DNA of 64,000 nucleotides from Candidatus Bathyarchaeota archaeon (GTDB lineage Archaea; Thermoproteota; Bathyarchaeia; Bathyarchaeales; Bathycorpusculaceae). Shown here piece by piece: positions 28,940-37,371 of the stretch. The notes under the pieces were generated by a model. The model ran no database searches. It was not told the origin of the DNA and saw only the letters and a list, made by a program, of their open reading frames with translations. Both the position numbers and the translations under genes were made by a program. Positions within the stretch are counted from its first letter, which is position 1. Every line of letters begins with the position of its first letter. Location: NCBI GenBank assembly GCA_963828195.1, contig CAWHDT010000007.1, positions 224,001 through 288,000 of the forward strand. Direction: 5' to 3'.

Positions 28940-30121
28940 TTAAACGGTTGCAAGGTATTCAGAAAGCGATTCCTTCCAGTCTACAACGGATGTATTGAAG
29001 GTTTCCCTGAATCGTTTATACACGGTTTCGTCGGGATTGACGATTGTAAAATGAACCCTTTTTTGAAAATCTCCTGGCAACCCTACTCGCAAAAGAGCTT
29101 CGGTTCCAAAGTCGGTGGGTGGGAAGCTGTATCCAATTATTACAATTTCTCTCGACCTGACTATTTGGTGAATTGCTTGATTCCATATGTACTTTAGGGG
29201 GTGAATTGAGTAGTCCTTGGCTAATAGTGGGGGGACAATAACTCTTTCGAGAAAAAGATTTGATTGATTACATATTGGACACTTTTCTGGTTTTATTGAA
29301 TGCCACTTAGCCATCTTTTCGTAGCGGGTTGAAAGATAGGAATTGCAATAAGAACAATGTAATCAGTTCAATGAGCCATGCAGTTTAAGCATGGACACTG
29401 TTAACGGATTATTTTGCGGGCTCTCCCATCCTTGATCACTAAGGACTTTATGAAAAGGTAAAAAGTAGCCCGAATCAGTTAGCTTTCCGGATTGTCTAAG
29501 CGCATTATCCATAAGTAAATCGTAATTGAAACTGATGACTGCGTCACCTTGTCCAAGGGTGTTAGCCAGTTTTAAATGTTCATCACAAATAGGTCCTCGA
29601 AGAGCCTCTTCAATCGTTATCGCCACTAGCTCAAATAATGCTGGTAACGAATCATCATAATCTGAGTTCACTTTTCTCGGATAACCATACAATGATGGCA
29701 TAGGTTGGAACACTTCATTCTGAAGACTAAACTGCGTCATAACCTTTTCAAGACTAAGACGCTGGTCATCAAATATATCGAATACTTTCTTGCCGTTTTC
29801 AGTCTTGATCCAGTCGTCCTTGAAAATATCAAGCTCAAAATCGAAAGGATATCCGTAAAGGCTCTGAAGAGTATAAATCATATTTTGAATTGTTAACAAA
29901 AAGTTAGTTTCAACCATACCGCCAAGTAACACTTTCTTAGACATTTTAAAGAAATCATTATCTGTCGGACATTGAAGACCAGGTATTTCAGAATATCCTT
30001 GCTTAAAGTTCTTAGAACATCCAGCACCGATAATCAACAGTTTGTGACCTCGAATATTTCTTAGGTAACCGTTCAAAACCTCGTTGGTGGTTTGTAAGCG
30101 ATTAGTTAGTTCTTCAATCAT
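28940..30121 (-). pseudogene. SIR2-family protein with CxxC..CxxC zinc module, interrupted by one in-frame TGA at 29363-29365
   Basis: IIGAGCS, ISFNYDLL, KLHGSLN*LHCSYC..CPIC..IVPP..IIGYSFPPTD..IVNPD; both ORF halves are in the same frame. Confidence 0.8.
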
Positions 30122-30204
30122 CCGTTTATCCGTCAGTTGTACGACTTTGCTATCCTTCTCGTATTCATGCTTATTGTTTCAAACAAGTTAAAAAGTTTGG
30201 CACT

Positions 30205-30543
30205 TTCACACGTATTCTTCTTTGCTTGCTGGATCTTACTTCTTGGGAGTCATTAGACCTTAGAATTTCAATTACTTTTCGCCGAGGCAATGGTCGAAGC
30301 TTTGCCATGCAAAACACTCTCAGGAACCTTGACGGGAATGTTCGTTAGAGAAAAAGACATTAAATCATCTAAAGAAGGCTTTTGCTGTGTCTGGGTCGCT
30401 TAGGTATTCGTCTATGAGTTCAATCATGTTTTCTTTTACTTCTTTTTCTGTTTTTCCCTGCGTTGCAATGTCCAAAGTGGGGCAGGAAGCTACGAACCGT
30501 TTTCCCTCTTTTGTTATTAGAATTGGAAAAGTATCTTTTCACA
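30205..30543 (-). pseudogene. Decayed hicB-hicA toxin-antitoxin pair
   Basis: FPILITKEGKRFVASCPTLDIATQGKTEKEVKENMIELI (HicB-like) with two apparent frameshifts; overlapping MAKLRPLPRRKVIEILRSN (HicA-like N-terminus, ATG 30308) is truncated. Confidence 0.7.
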
Positions 30544-30639
30544 CCTAATTGTTAGAGTAGTCTTTTTTGTCTTATAAGCATTTTATTATCAAAAGCGAAG
30601 AGAAAGCCAGCGTTTTTAAAGGAGCTTTGAGAAGTCATC

Positions 30640-30800
30640 CTATACTCTTTTTCTATGTCCTACAAAAAGCACGATTACTTTGTTCCGCTCAGAGTTTATT
30701 TCATATACGGCGGTGGTCGCCTGACCTTGTGCTCCAAAAGTCTGAAGGATGCAACGGTTTTCCTGCTTTCCAAGGGGACTGGCAACCTTCTGCGGGTCTA
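30640..30800 (-). pseudogene. RelE/ParE toxin remnant
   Basis: VYEINSERNKVIVLFVGHRKRV resembles a RelE C-terminus; upstream sequence degenerate. Confidence 0.5.
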
Positions 30801-30841
30801 ACAGATGTTTGTTTGGACTCTTGTGGCTTGCCAGTGAGATT

Positions 30842-31102
30842 TCAGAGGTATGCTTCATCGTGATGCTTATACTTCACAATTAAAACGGTCGGAGGGTTTT
30901 CTGTTATTTTGTATATGAGTACAAATGAGCCAATGTGCACCCTGCGTAGACCTTCCAATGGGTGTCTTAGAGGTTTGAATTGAAAGGGATCTAATTGTAT
31001 CTGCGCGATTTTCTTATTTATTGCCTCTAACTGTTTTCTGTCTTTTTTGAGGAGCCTTTTGAATGTTTTAGAAACCTCTTCTTCAATTTCCAAGCTGTAC
31101 AA
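30842..31102 (-). CDS. RelE/ParE-family toxin
   Basis: FKPLRHPLEGLRRVHIGSFVLIY..YKHHDEAY. Confidence 0.88.
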   Translation of the reverse strand: MYSLEIEEEVSKTFKRLLKKDRKQLEAINKKIAQIQLDPFQFKPLRHPLEGLRRVHIGSFVLIYKITENPPTVLIVKYKHHDEAYL

Positions 31103-31106
31103 GCAA

Positions 31107-31343
31107 TCACTTTAAGCCGTACTCTTCTGCAAAATTCTTGACTTTGACGAATTTACCGTTTTTTAAAGTTTCTTCGATTTCCTTAACGAATTCGGGGCGA
31201 AGTTGGGGTTCAAGCTCGCATTCTTCGTAACGCTTGATTATCACGCTCAAAGCTTGGCTTTTATCCTTGAGACCATATTTTGCCTTGACTATGTTGATTA
31301 CTCGGCTTTCTCTTTCATCTAAATCAATAACGTTTTTTACCAT
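31107..31343 (-). CDS. Antitoxin, DUF2683-like
   Basis: RVINIVKAKYGLKDKSQA..LEPQLRPEF; 4 nt upstream of the toxin gene. Confidence 0.8.
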   Translation of the reverse strand: MVKNVIDLDERESRVINIVKAKYGLKDKSQALSVIIKRYEECELEPQLRPEFVKEIEETLKNGKFVKVKNFAEEYGLK

Positions 31344-31352
31344 ATGGTACCC

Positions 31353-31368
31353 TCGAGTAATTACACGA
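31353..31368. promoter_or_regulatory. Candidate TA autoregulation operator
   Basis: TCGAGTAATTACACGA, 16-bp palindrome with one mismatched pair, 10 nt upstream of the antitoxin ATG. Confidence 0.45.
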
Positions 31369-31508
31369 CATAACATAAGATAATACGGTGTTATTTAAGA
31401 TAAGCGCAGACGAAAAACTTGTTCACATAACAGCCGACGAAACAACCCAATACAAAAAACTCCAAACAAAAGGCGCCCCATCGAACTGCTTTAACAAGAA
31501 AAGAGAAG

Positions 31509-31567
31509 TGGCGGCGGAAAGGAATTTGAAACCTTCGACATCCCAATTTTGGAGGCTGGTGTTCTTT
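31509..31567 (-). other. Degenerate tRNA 3'-portion (att-like site A)
   Basis: Minus strand AGAACACCAGCCTCCAAAATTGGGATGTCGAAGGTTTCAAATTCCTTTCCGCCGCCA: decayed anticodon arm, T-arm and acceptor 3' strand. Confidence 0.55.
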
Positions 31568-31650
31568 ACTGAACAAAACGTCGAAAAATCTTTGACAAAA
31601 TAAGACTTTTAATTCATAAGTTCTTGTTTTCTTTTTTTACCCGAGAAGCC

Positions 31651-32040
31651 TTATTTTATCATCACAACATTCTCAAGTTTTCGAAAGTGCTCGTCCCCGA
31701 TTACTACGTCTGCTTTCTTAACTATTGCCGTCGCGTAAACTACGGAATCCACTAGTCCCCATCCATCAATTTCCTTCTTCATGCGGAGCTGCACTTTGGC
31801 TGATTCCACGGCGATTGGCTCATCCAGATATACAAGCGCACTTTTTTCTTTGATGTAATTCTTTTGTTTTTCTGCCAGTTCTTGTCCTTCAACTTTGAGG
31901 GTTTTACTGTAAACTTCCGTTAAACATATGGTGGGGGTTATTTTTTCTTCGCTGTTTTCGATGATTGCTTTGGCGGTTTCTCCTGTTTTTGTACCCATGA
32001 AATATTCAATCCAGGCGTATGAGTCGATGACATATTTCAT
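31651..32040 (-). CDS. vapC: VapC PIN-domain toxin
   Basis: YVIDSYAWIEY, PTICLTEV, GLVDSVVYATA, GDEHF. Confidence 0.92.
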   Translation of the reverse strand: MKYVIDSYAWIEYFMGTKTGETAKAIIENSEEKITPTICLTEVYSKTLKVEGQELAEKQKNYIKEKSALVYLDEPIAVESAKVQLRMKKEIDGWGLVDSVVYATAIVKKADVVIGDEHFRKLENVVMIK

Positions 32041-32231
32041 AGGCAGCGGTCCTTGTGGTCTCTAAGATCGGCGGTGTCGGTTTTTTTCATGGTTCCAAAC
32101 ATGCTTTCTGTCTTTGCGTAGTGTTCGATTAATATTTTGTTTATTTCTTGGCTGATTTTTCGGGCGCCCGCTTTCTCTTTTAGCGTTTGGTAGACATCGT
32201 CACGTAAGATTATGGTTGTCTTTTTAGCCAT
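32037..32231 (-). CDS. vapB: VapB-type antitoxin
   Basis: KTTIILRDDVYQTLK; ATGA overlap with vapC; CCATAAACAT direct repeat at 32228-32237 and 32240-32249. Confidence 0.8.
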   Translation of the reverse strand: MAKKTTIILRDDVYQTLKEKAGARKISQEINKILIEHYAKTESMFGTMKKTDTADLRDHKDRCL

Positions 32232-32363
32232 AAACATCACCATAAACATATATGGCAAGGCAGATTTTAAAATTACCGCTTTTGACACAACTGCAAATGC
32301 AACGCTATTTTGCAACGAAGGGTTCTTGAAGAAACAAGGGATAGGGCAAAATTAAGAATAAAC

Positions 32364-32390
32364 TGGCGGGCAAACGGATTCTTAAAATCC
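32364..32390 (-). other. Degenerate tRNA 3'-end-like site B
   Basis: Plus strand TGGCGGGCAAACGGATTC, similar to sites A and C. Confidence 0.35.
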
Positions 32391-32469
32391 AATTTTCTAC
32401 GAAACATTTGAAGTCTGGACCAAGCGAAGGGTTAAACGGGTGGCAGTGGCAATAACATATGGTGTCTCC

Positions 32470-32800
32470 TTGAAAGTTGCTATTGACAAGCAGGGGCGTA
32501 TTGTCATTCCTAAAGAGATCAGGGAGAAGTATGGTCTTTTGGAGGAGGTAAGCTGGTGTTGGTAGCCCGAGAAGACGCTATTGAGCTGATTCCGCTGGCT
32601 AAAGAAGATGATTTGGCAGTTCGTTCTCTAAAAGAGCCATGCAAAACTGGTAACCCCGAATCACGCGATAGAGCTTTCTCACGGGAGAATGCTTGGAAAC
32701 GATGAGGCTAATCGACGCAGACATCCTTTCCTACGCTCTTTTCCAGAAACATGACGCTCACCCATATTGCTGACCCTTGCTGCAAAATGCATCGAGAAAG
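32470..32800 (+). pseudogene. Decayed AbrB/MazE antitoxin plus truncated PIN toxin
   Basis: MKVAIDKQGRIVIPKEIREKYGL, then a frameshift, ending TGA 32705; overlapping MRLIDADILSYALFQKHDAHPYC* (ATG 32702). Confidence 0.75.
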
Positions 32801-32906
32801 AGTCGTTTAGAAATGCTCAAGCCTGTAAGCGCAAATTAAATATAAAGAAAAGTAAGTAACTGGATGGTATTAGAGAACTATCAACGGCGGAGGGAATAAT
32901 TAAGCC

Positions 32907-33377
32907 ATGATATCATTCAGCTTTCAAGATGCTGTGGCAGTTGCGGGATTGATTGCTGGAGTAATCGTCTCGGGAATAGGTGTTCTGGAGTACCGAGACT
33001 CCGTAACTTTGAGACGCGCTGAATGGGCTCATAAGTTATACCATGAATTTTATGTGGATCCTCAATTAAAGAAAATTAGAGAGATGGTGGACTCAGATGA
33101 CGGCAGAAAAAGAATCAGCGCCATATTGGAAAAACCTGAAAGCTCGCTTGCTGCAGAAGAAAGCGAAATTTGTGAGGGCTTCAATGATTACCTCAATTTC
33201 TTCGAGTTTATGATGTACCTTAGAAAAACGAAAGCGCTTAGAGATACTGATATTGCTGATATGTTCAAATACTATTTGGGGCTTCTCAGTTTATCAACGT
33301 CAATTTTGGGTTATCTTAAACGCGAAGGATATGAACTACTTGCACATTATCTTGATTTAGGGAAGTCGAAGGCTTGA
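32907..33377 (+). CDS. Membrane-anchored helical protein, DUF4760-like
   Basis: N-terminal TM; DYLNFFEFM..L..DIADMF motif. Confidence 0.65.
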   Translation: MISFSFQDAVAVAGLIAGVIVSGIGVLEYRDSVTLRRAEWAHKLYHEFYVDPQLKKIREMVDSDDGRKRISAILEKPESSLAAEESEICEGFNDYLNFFEFMMYLRKTKALRDTDIADMFKYYLGLLSLSTSILGYLKREGYELLAHYLDLGKSKA

Positions 33378-33823
33378 CGGCGAAGATATTCGTTTATGGA
33401 ACTTTAATGCGGGAAAATATAGATAAAATCGATCAGATGAGCCAACAGACATTGATGCGTTTTATCGGCAACGGTACGATAGAGGCAGAATTATTTGACT
33501 TAGGCGAGTTTCCCGGAGCTATTGAAAAGAAGGGAAATTACGTCTATGGCGAGGTTTTTGAGATTAAAGATTCAGATGAAGTCTTCTGCTTGTTAGACAA
33601 GTATGAGGAGTACGATCCGAAAAATCCCGCAGGTAGTCTTTTTGTAAGAAAAACGACAAAGGTTCTGATGACTGATAGAAGAACGTTCCGCGCGTCAGCC
33701 TATTTCTACAATGGGCGTACGGAAGGCTTAAGAAAAATCGCCAGCGGCAAATGGAAAAAGCCGACTAAAAAAGAACTGCCAAAAGCAATGGCGTATGAAT
33801 TTTCAACAAATCTCGACCAATAA
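33374..33823 (+). CDS. Gamma-glutamylcyclotransferase (AIG2-like)
   Basis: IFVYGTLM, FPGAI, VYGEVF, LDKYEEY, AYFYN..IASGKW. Confidence 0.88.
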   Translation: MTAKIFVYGTLMRENIDKIDQMSQQTLMRFIGNGTIEAELFDLGEFPGAIEKKGNYVYGEVFEIKDSDEVFCLLDKYEEYDPKNPAGSLFVRKTTKVLMTDRRTFRASAYFYNGRTEGLRKIASGKWKKPTKKELPKAMAYEFSTNLDQ

Positions 33824-33869
33824 ACAAGCAGAATAATCTCTCAGATTCCTAAATTCAAAGAGCGATCTG

Positions 33870-33897
33870 TGGCGGGCGGAAAGTTTCGAACCCTCGG
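33870..33897 (-). other. Degenerate tRNA 3'-end-like site C
   Basis: Plus strand TGGCGGGCGGAAAGTTTCGAACCCTCGG; minus strand GGGTTCGAA..CCGCCCGCCA. Confidence 0.5.
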
Positions 33898-33946
33898 GCT
33901 CTGCATCGCTTAGCCAAGCCCAGAAGACTACAGACGTCCGTTGCCA

Positions 33947-34711
33947 TTAGCTTGGCTTTTCGATCTCCAAACTGGCAACGTACTCCAGATTTTTAGGTGG
34001 CTTTTTATCTTCTGAACTGTCAAAGGCGAATTTAGTGTTCCAGCCGCTGTGTTCTGCGGCAAGCTGCAAATGGCAAAGGGCAATGCCCATGTTGATTGGA
34101 TAGTAGCTTCCGCCTACCTTTGATCTGAGGAAGCCAGCTTTGGAGGAGTAGGCGTAGATTGCAGTTGTGTTGCCGGTGAAATACCAGTTTTGATTGTTTA
34201 CGGCTGATGGAGCAAGCCGCGTTGGCTCTAGCAATTCGTCGGCGCCCATTATGTTTGTTATTTCGGTTAGAGGTTTTCTTTTGAACTCTGCAGTGCTGGT
34301 TCTGTATAGTGTTTCCTTCGGATTTCCGAACGCCATCAAAATTATGAATTCCAGATTTGAGGAGTCTGCTGCGTCTTTGGTTGGTTGAGGGATACCGAGC
34401 CAGCAGCTGCCCAGTTCTGTGGCTGAAAAATAAAGGTCTATTTGCTGAAGCATAAAGCCGATGTTGACTTTGTAGGCGTCTTTGGCTTGGGAGAATGCTG
34501 CAATAAAGTGGGGCGCTTTATTTCCAAATTTCCTGGTTACCTGACTTGGCGAAATAATCTTGAATTCTGTCTTTATCCCTGAGTCCAGCGGGTTTAGTGA
34601 CTGTAGATTTTTTGAAATCTCTTCGAGGCGATTTGAGTCAAGGGGCGAGGGGTCATAATCCCTGATTGATTTTCTTTTAAAGATTGCCTGGTAAAGAGCG
34701 TTCTTATCCAT
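33947..34711 (-). CDS. Nitroreductase family protein
   Basis: IFKRKSIRDY, LGSCWLG, RLAPSAVNNQNW, MGIALCH. Confidence 0.88.
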   Translation of the reverse strand: MDKNALYQAIFKRKSIRDYDPSPLDSNRLEEISKNLQSLNPLDSGIKTEFKIISPSQVTRKFGNKAPHFIAAFSQAKDAYKVNIGFMLQQIDLYFSATELGSCWLGIPQPTKDAADSSNLEFIILMAFGNPKETLYRTSTAEFKRKPLTEITNIMGADELLEPTRLAPSAVNNQNWYFTGNTTAIYAYSSKAGFLRSKVGGSYYPINMGIALCHLQLAAEHSGWNTKFAFDSSEDKKPPKNLEYVASLEIEKPS

Positions 34712-34915
34712 TTTCCTGCGCACTCCGCGAATTCTGATTATTTACTTCTGGACTGAGACTTTAAAACTTGCTGTGTGAGCCACTGCAGTGTTCCGTCAGC
34801 AGTATCCTGAAATATGCGAGCTAGACACAAATCCACCGCAGAAACGGGAGGAAACGCCCAAAGCCCTCGGGTTCAACGCCCAGTTTTGAAAGCTCCTCTG
34901 CCAGCGCCCAACCAA

Positions 34916-35111
34916 AAAGCCGCAACCAGCAAAACATCCGCCCGTATCCGACAATAACTTCAACAATGAGCCATCATGCAAAGTCGCAACCCGCCCATCC
35001 CAAAGTCGCATCGCGAAATCGCCTTCAAGCCCCAAACCAAAAAACCAACCCAAAACGCAAAAACCCCAAGCGGAAAGTCGCAACTTACGCCAAACCAAAA
35101 GTCGCAACTTA
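34916..35111. repeat. Array of AAAGTCGCAAC-like direct repeats in an A/C-skewed non-coding region
   Basis: Copies at 34916 (AAAGCCGCAAC), 34980, 35002 (AAAGTCGCATC), 35074 and 35098 (last two AAAGTCGCAACTTA). Confidence 0.7.
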
Positions 35112-35250
35112 AAAAAAACCGGAAAAAAACCAAACCCAGAAACAGCCAACGCCAAGCAGCTCCAAAATTTCATGGGGATTTTTAACAAAAAAAGCAAGAA
35201 GAGTTTTATTGCAGATGGTTTCATATTTAGGTATTAAAGGGCATTAGTGT

Positions 35251-35763
35251 ATGTTATCGACTATTGATGATTCAACTTTGATTAAAGTTGCAATGGCTCT
35301 TGGAGACGAGGAAGCTGTCAGGCTTATTGAATTCCTCAAAGGCGTAGAAGAAATCACGGACGACGAAATAGCCAACAAAACAGGCATCCGCCTAAACACA
35401 GTGCGCAAAATCCTCTACAAACTCTACGACCACTCGCTTGTAAGCCTACGCAGAACAAGAGATCCCAAAACAGGCTGGTTCATTTTCCACTGGAGACTCC
35501 AACCCGACCAACTCGAAGGATTCATACTGAGCCAAAAACGCCGGGTTCTTGAGAAACTCAACGTCCGCCTAGAATACGAGAAAAACCATGACTTTTACTA
35601 CTGCGGAAGCCCAGAATGCAAACGGGTACCTTTCGAAGAAGCTGTTGAACTGGTTTTCCACTGCAGCAACTGCAGCAAACCGCTGGTGCATTTTGCAAAC
35701 GAAAAAATGATAAGCAAATTAACTGAGAAAGTGGATACGTTAAGGAAGGAACTTGGTGAGTAA
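35251..35763 (+). CDS. tfe: Transcription factor E (alpha)
   Basis: TDDEIA..LNTVRKILYKL winged helix, GWFIFHW, zinc ribbon CGSPEC..FHCSNC. Confidence 0.93.
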   Translation: MLSTIDDSTLIKVAMALGDEEAVRLIEFLKGVEEITDDEIANKTGIRLNTVRKILYKLYDHSLVSLRRTRDPKTGWFIFHWRLQPDQLEGFILSQKRRVLEKLNVRLEYEKNHDFYYCGSPECKRVPFEEAVELVFHCSNCSKPLVHFANEKMISKLTEKVDTLRKELGE

Positions 35764-36277
35764 GCAGCTTCCTTCGAGGGAGCAAGCAACCGCGCTTCTA
35801 CGCAAATACAATTGCCCCACCAAAGTCATTAAACACTGCGAAGAAGTCGCTAAACTAGCTGTAGAAATCGCAGGGAAACTTGGGGAAAAAGGCATAAAAA
35901 TCAACTTAACCCTTGTTGAAGACGGCGCTCTTCTGCACGATATTGGACGCTCAAAAACCCACGCGGTTGACCACGGAGTTGTCGGCGCAAAAATCGCTGA
36001 ATCAGAAGGTTTGCCTGAAGATTTGGTTAGGATTATTAGGCGGCATGTCGGCGGAGGAATCACGTCTCAGGAAGCTGAGGTGTTCGGTTGGCCAAAAGAT
36101 GTTTATGAACCCGTCACTTTGGAGGATAAAATTGTTTCATACGCTGACAAGCTGATTGATAAGTCGAAGAGGGTCCCGATTGACGTGGAGATCGAGAAAC
36201 TCAAAGTTGAGCACAGAGCCGCTGCGGAAAGAGTTAGAAAACTCCATGAAGAAATAACTTGTTTGCTGGGAAACTAA
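35753..36277 (+). CDS. HD-domain hydrolase (TIGR00295-like)
   Basis: HC..V, LLHDIGRS, HGVVG, RHVGGG, KIVSYADKL. Confidence 0.9.
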   Translation: MVSKQLPSREQATALLRKYNCPTKVIKHCEEVAKLAVEIAGKLGEKGIKINLTLVEDGALLHDIGRSKTHAVDHGVVGAKIAESEGLPEDLVRIIRRHVGGGITSQEAEVFGWPKDVYEPVTLEDKIVSYADKLIDKSKRVPIDVEIEKLKVEHRAAAERVRKLHEEITCLLGN

Positions 36278-36279
36278 AA

Positions 36280-37044
36280 ATGGCGACCTTAACGCTGCTT
36301 GTTAAAGCTTCCAGTTCTGGGCAACTGAGACAGGTAGATGAGCTGTTGAAATCTGAGTTTGAAAACTTGAATTTAGAAGTAAAAGTTTTGGGTAACTCAG
36401 TTAACAGGTGGGTCCAAGTTTCGCTTTCAGGAGAAGACGAAGTATTAGCTACAAGCTACATCAACAAAAACATAGGCACCTGCCCCGTAAACATAAAAAA
36501 CGTAGACAAATTTTCGGTTTTAAAGGGCTACATTTCCAAAGTCAACGCCGCCAAACAAGAATTGAAGGTGGATGTAGGCGTTTTCGAGCCGAAAGTAATT
36601 CAGGCAACCATACCTTTGGCATATTTACAAGGCCAACTTGCTGACGGCAGAAAAGTTGATTTAAAAACAATGTCTGAAGCCTACGGGTTTTACCCGAATT
36701 TGCCGTTAAGCGTCAAAGCAACCTGTTTAAACGGTGAAGGAGAAAACTTTTTGCAAGCGGAGTTATCGACGGATCAAATTGGAAAAATACGTTTATGGCA
36801 GCAGTCTCTTTTGGACAGGCTGATTGTTTTAGGTTCATCCGAAGCCGAGATCGAGACGGTGCTTGAACGGACCAGGCTGAACAGGGATGTTATTGGTGTG
36901 GAGAAGTTGGGGTTGTTTGAGCAGGCTTTAACCTGTAAGCTTGGAACAGACGCAACCGGCTTGATCCCGAAAATAGGGAGGTACATGAAACACTCGACGT
37001 TTGTCGTTTTTAGCCCCAGAAAAGCTCAGGGGATTTATCGGTAA
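36280..37044 (+). CDS. DUF2110 family protein
   Basis: WVQVSLSGEDE, RDVIGVEKLGLFEQALTCKLGTDATGLIPKIG; tfe-HD-DUF2110 gene order. Confidence 0.8.
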   Translation: MATLTLLVKASSSGQLRQVDELLKSEFENLNLEVKVLGNSVNRWVQVSLSGEDEVLATSYINKNIGTCPVNIKNVDKFSVLKGYISKVNAAKQELKVDVGVFEPKVIQATIPLAYLQGQLADGRKVDLKTMSEAYGFYPNLPLSVKATCLNGEGENFLQAELSTDQIGKIRLWQQSLLDRLIVLGSSEAEIETVLERTRLNRDVIGVEKLGLFEQALTCKLGTDATGLIPKIGRYMKHSTFVVFSPRKAQGIYR

Positions 37045-37133
37045 ATCGTCATTAAATTTATTAATAGTTTACACTATTAGTTGTTACAATCTATTATCCG
37101 AATGCGGCTAATAGGAAGAGGGGGAAAGTTTAC

Positions 37134-37295
37134 ATGAGCCAAGGCGAAGGAATAGAGCGAAAAAAATACAGAATTGATATTGGGGCTTATGGCAGCATAG
37201 GCATCGAAGCGCCAACTAAGAAGGAATGTTTGGAGCTCTTTAAGGAAGTCACAAGGACCCGGCGTGACTCAAGGATAGATGAAGCAATAAGATAA
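37134..37295 (+). CDS. Small hypothetical protein (53 aa)
   Basis: ATG after purine-rich GAGGGGGA; MSQGEGIERKKYRIDIGAYGSIGIEAPTKKECLELFKEVTRTRRDSRIDEAIR*. Confidence 0.55.
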   Translation: MSQGEGIERKKYRIDIGAYGSIGIEAPTKKECLELFKEVTRTRRDSRIDEAIR

Positions 37296-37371
37296 GAAAA
37301 GCACCAGCATCAATTCGTCTGTTTCTATTTTTGCCCAAAAAAAGGCAAGTTATAGATTATCTGCTTCAATT

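Larger units (their letters stand above)
25660..35200. mobile_element. Defence/toxin-antitoxin island, probably remnants of integrated elements; no integrase seen; boundaries approximate
   Basis: Visibly AT-richer block between trm56 and tfe containing STAND, SIR2, several TA modules, pseudogenes and tRNA-like sites. Confidence 0.6.

Noticed and set aside
29363-29365. Selenocysteine codon or island-wide TGA=Trp code
   Set aside because: The position corresponds to Trp, not Cys; neighbouring genes end in TGA and use TGG for Trp.
25660-34800. Classical integron with attC sites
   Set aside because: No IntI gene and no recurring RYYYAAC..GTTRRRY palindromic sites recognised.
34916-35111. CRISPR array
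   Set aside because: Repeats are only 11-14 bp, irregularly spaced, and no cas genes are present.
34796-35224. ORFs 34796..35224 (-) and 34976..35185 (+)
   Set aside because: Low-complexity translations caused by the A/C-skewed repeat region.
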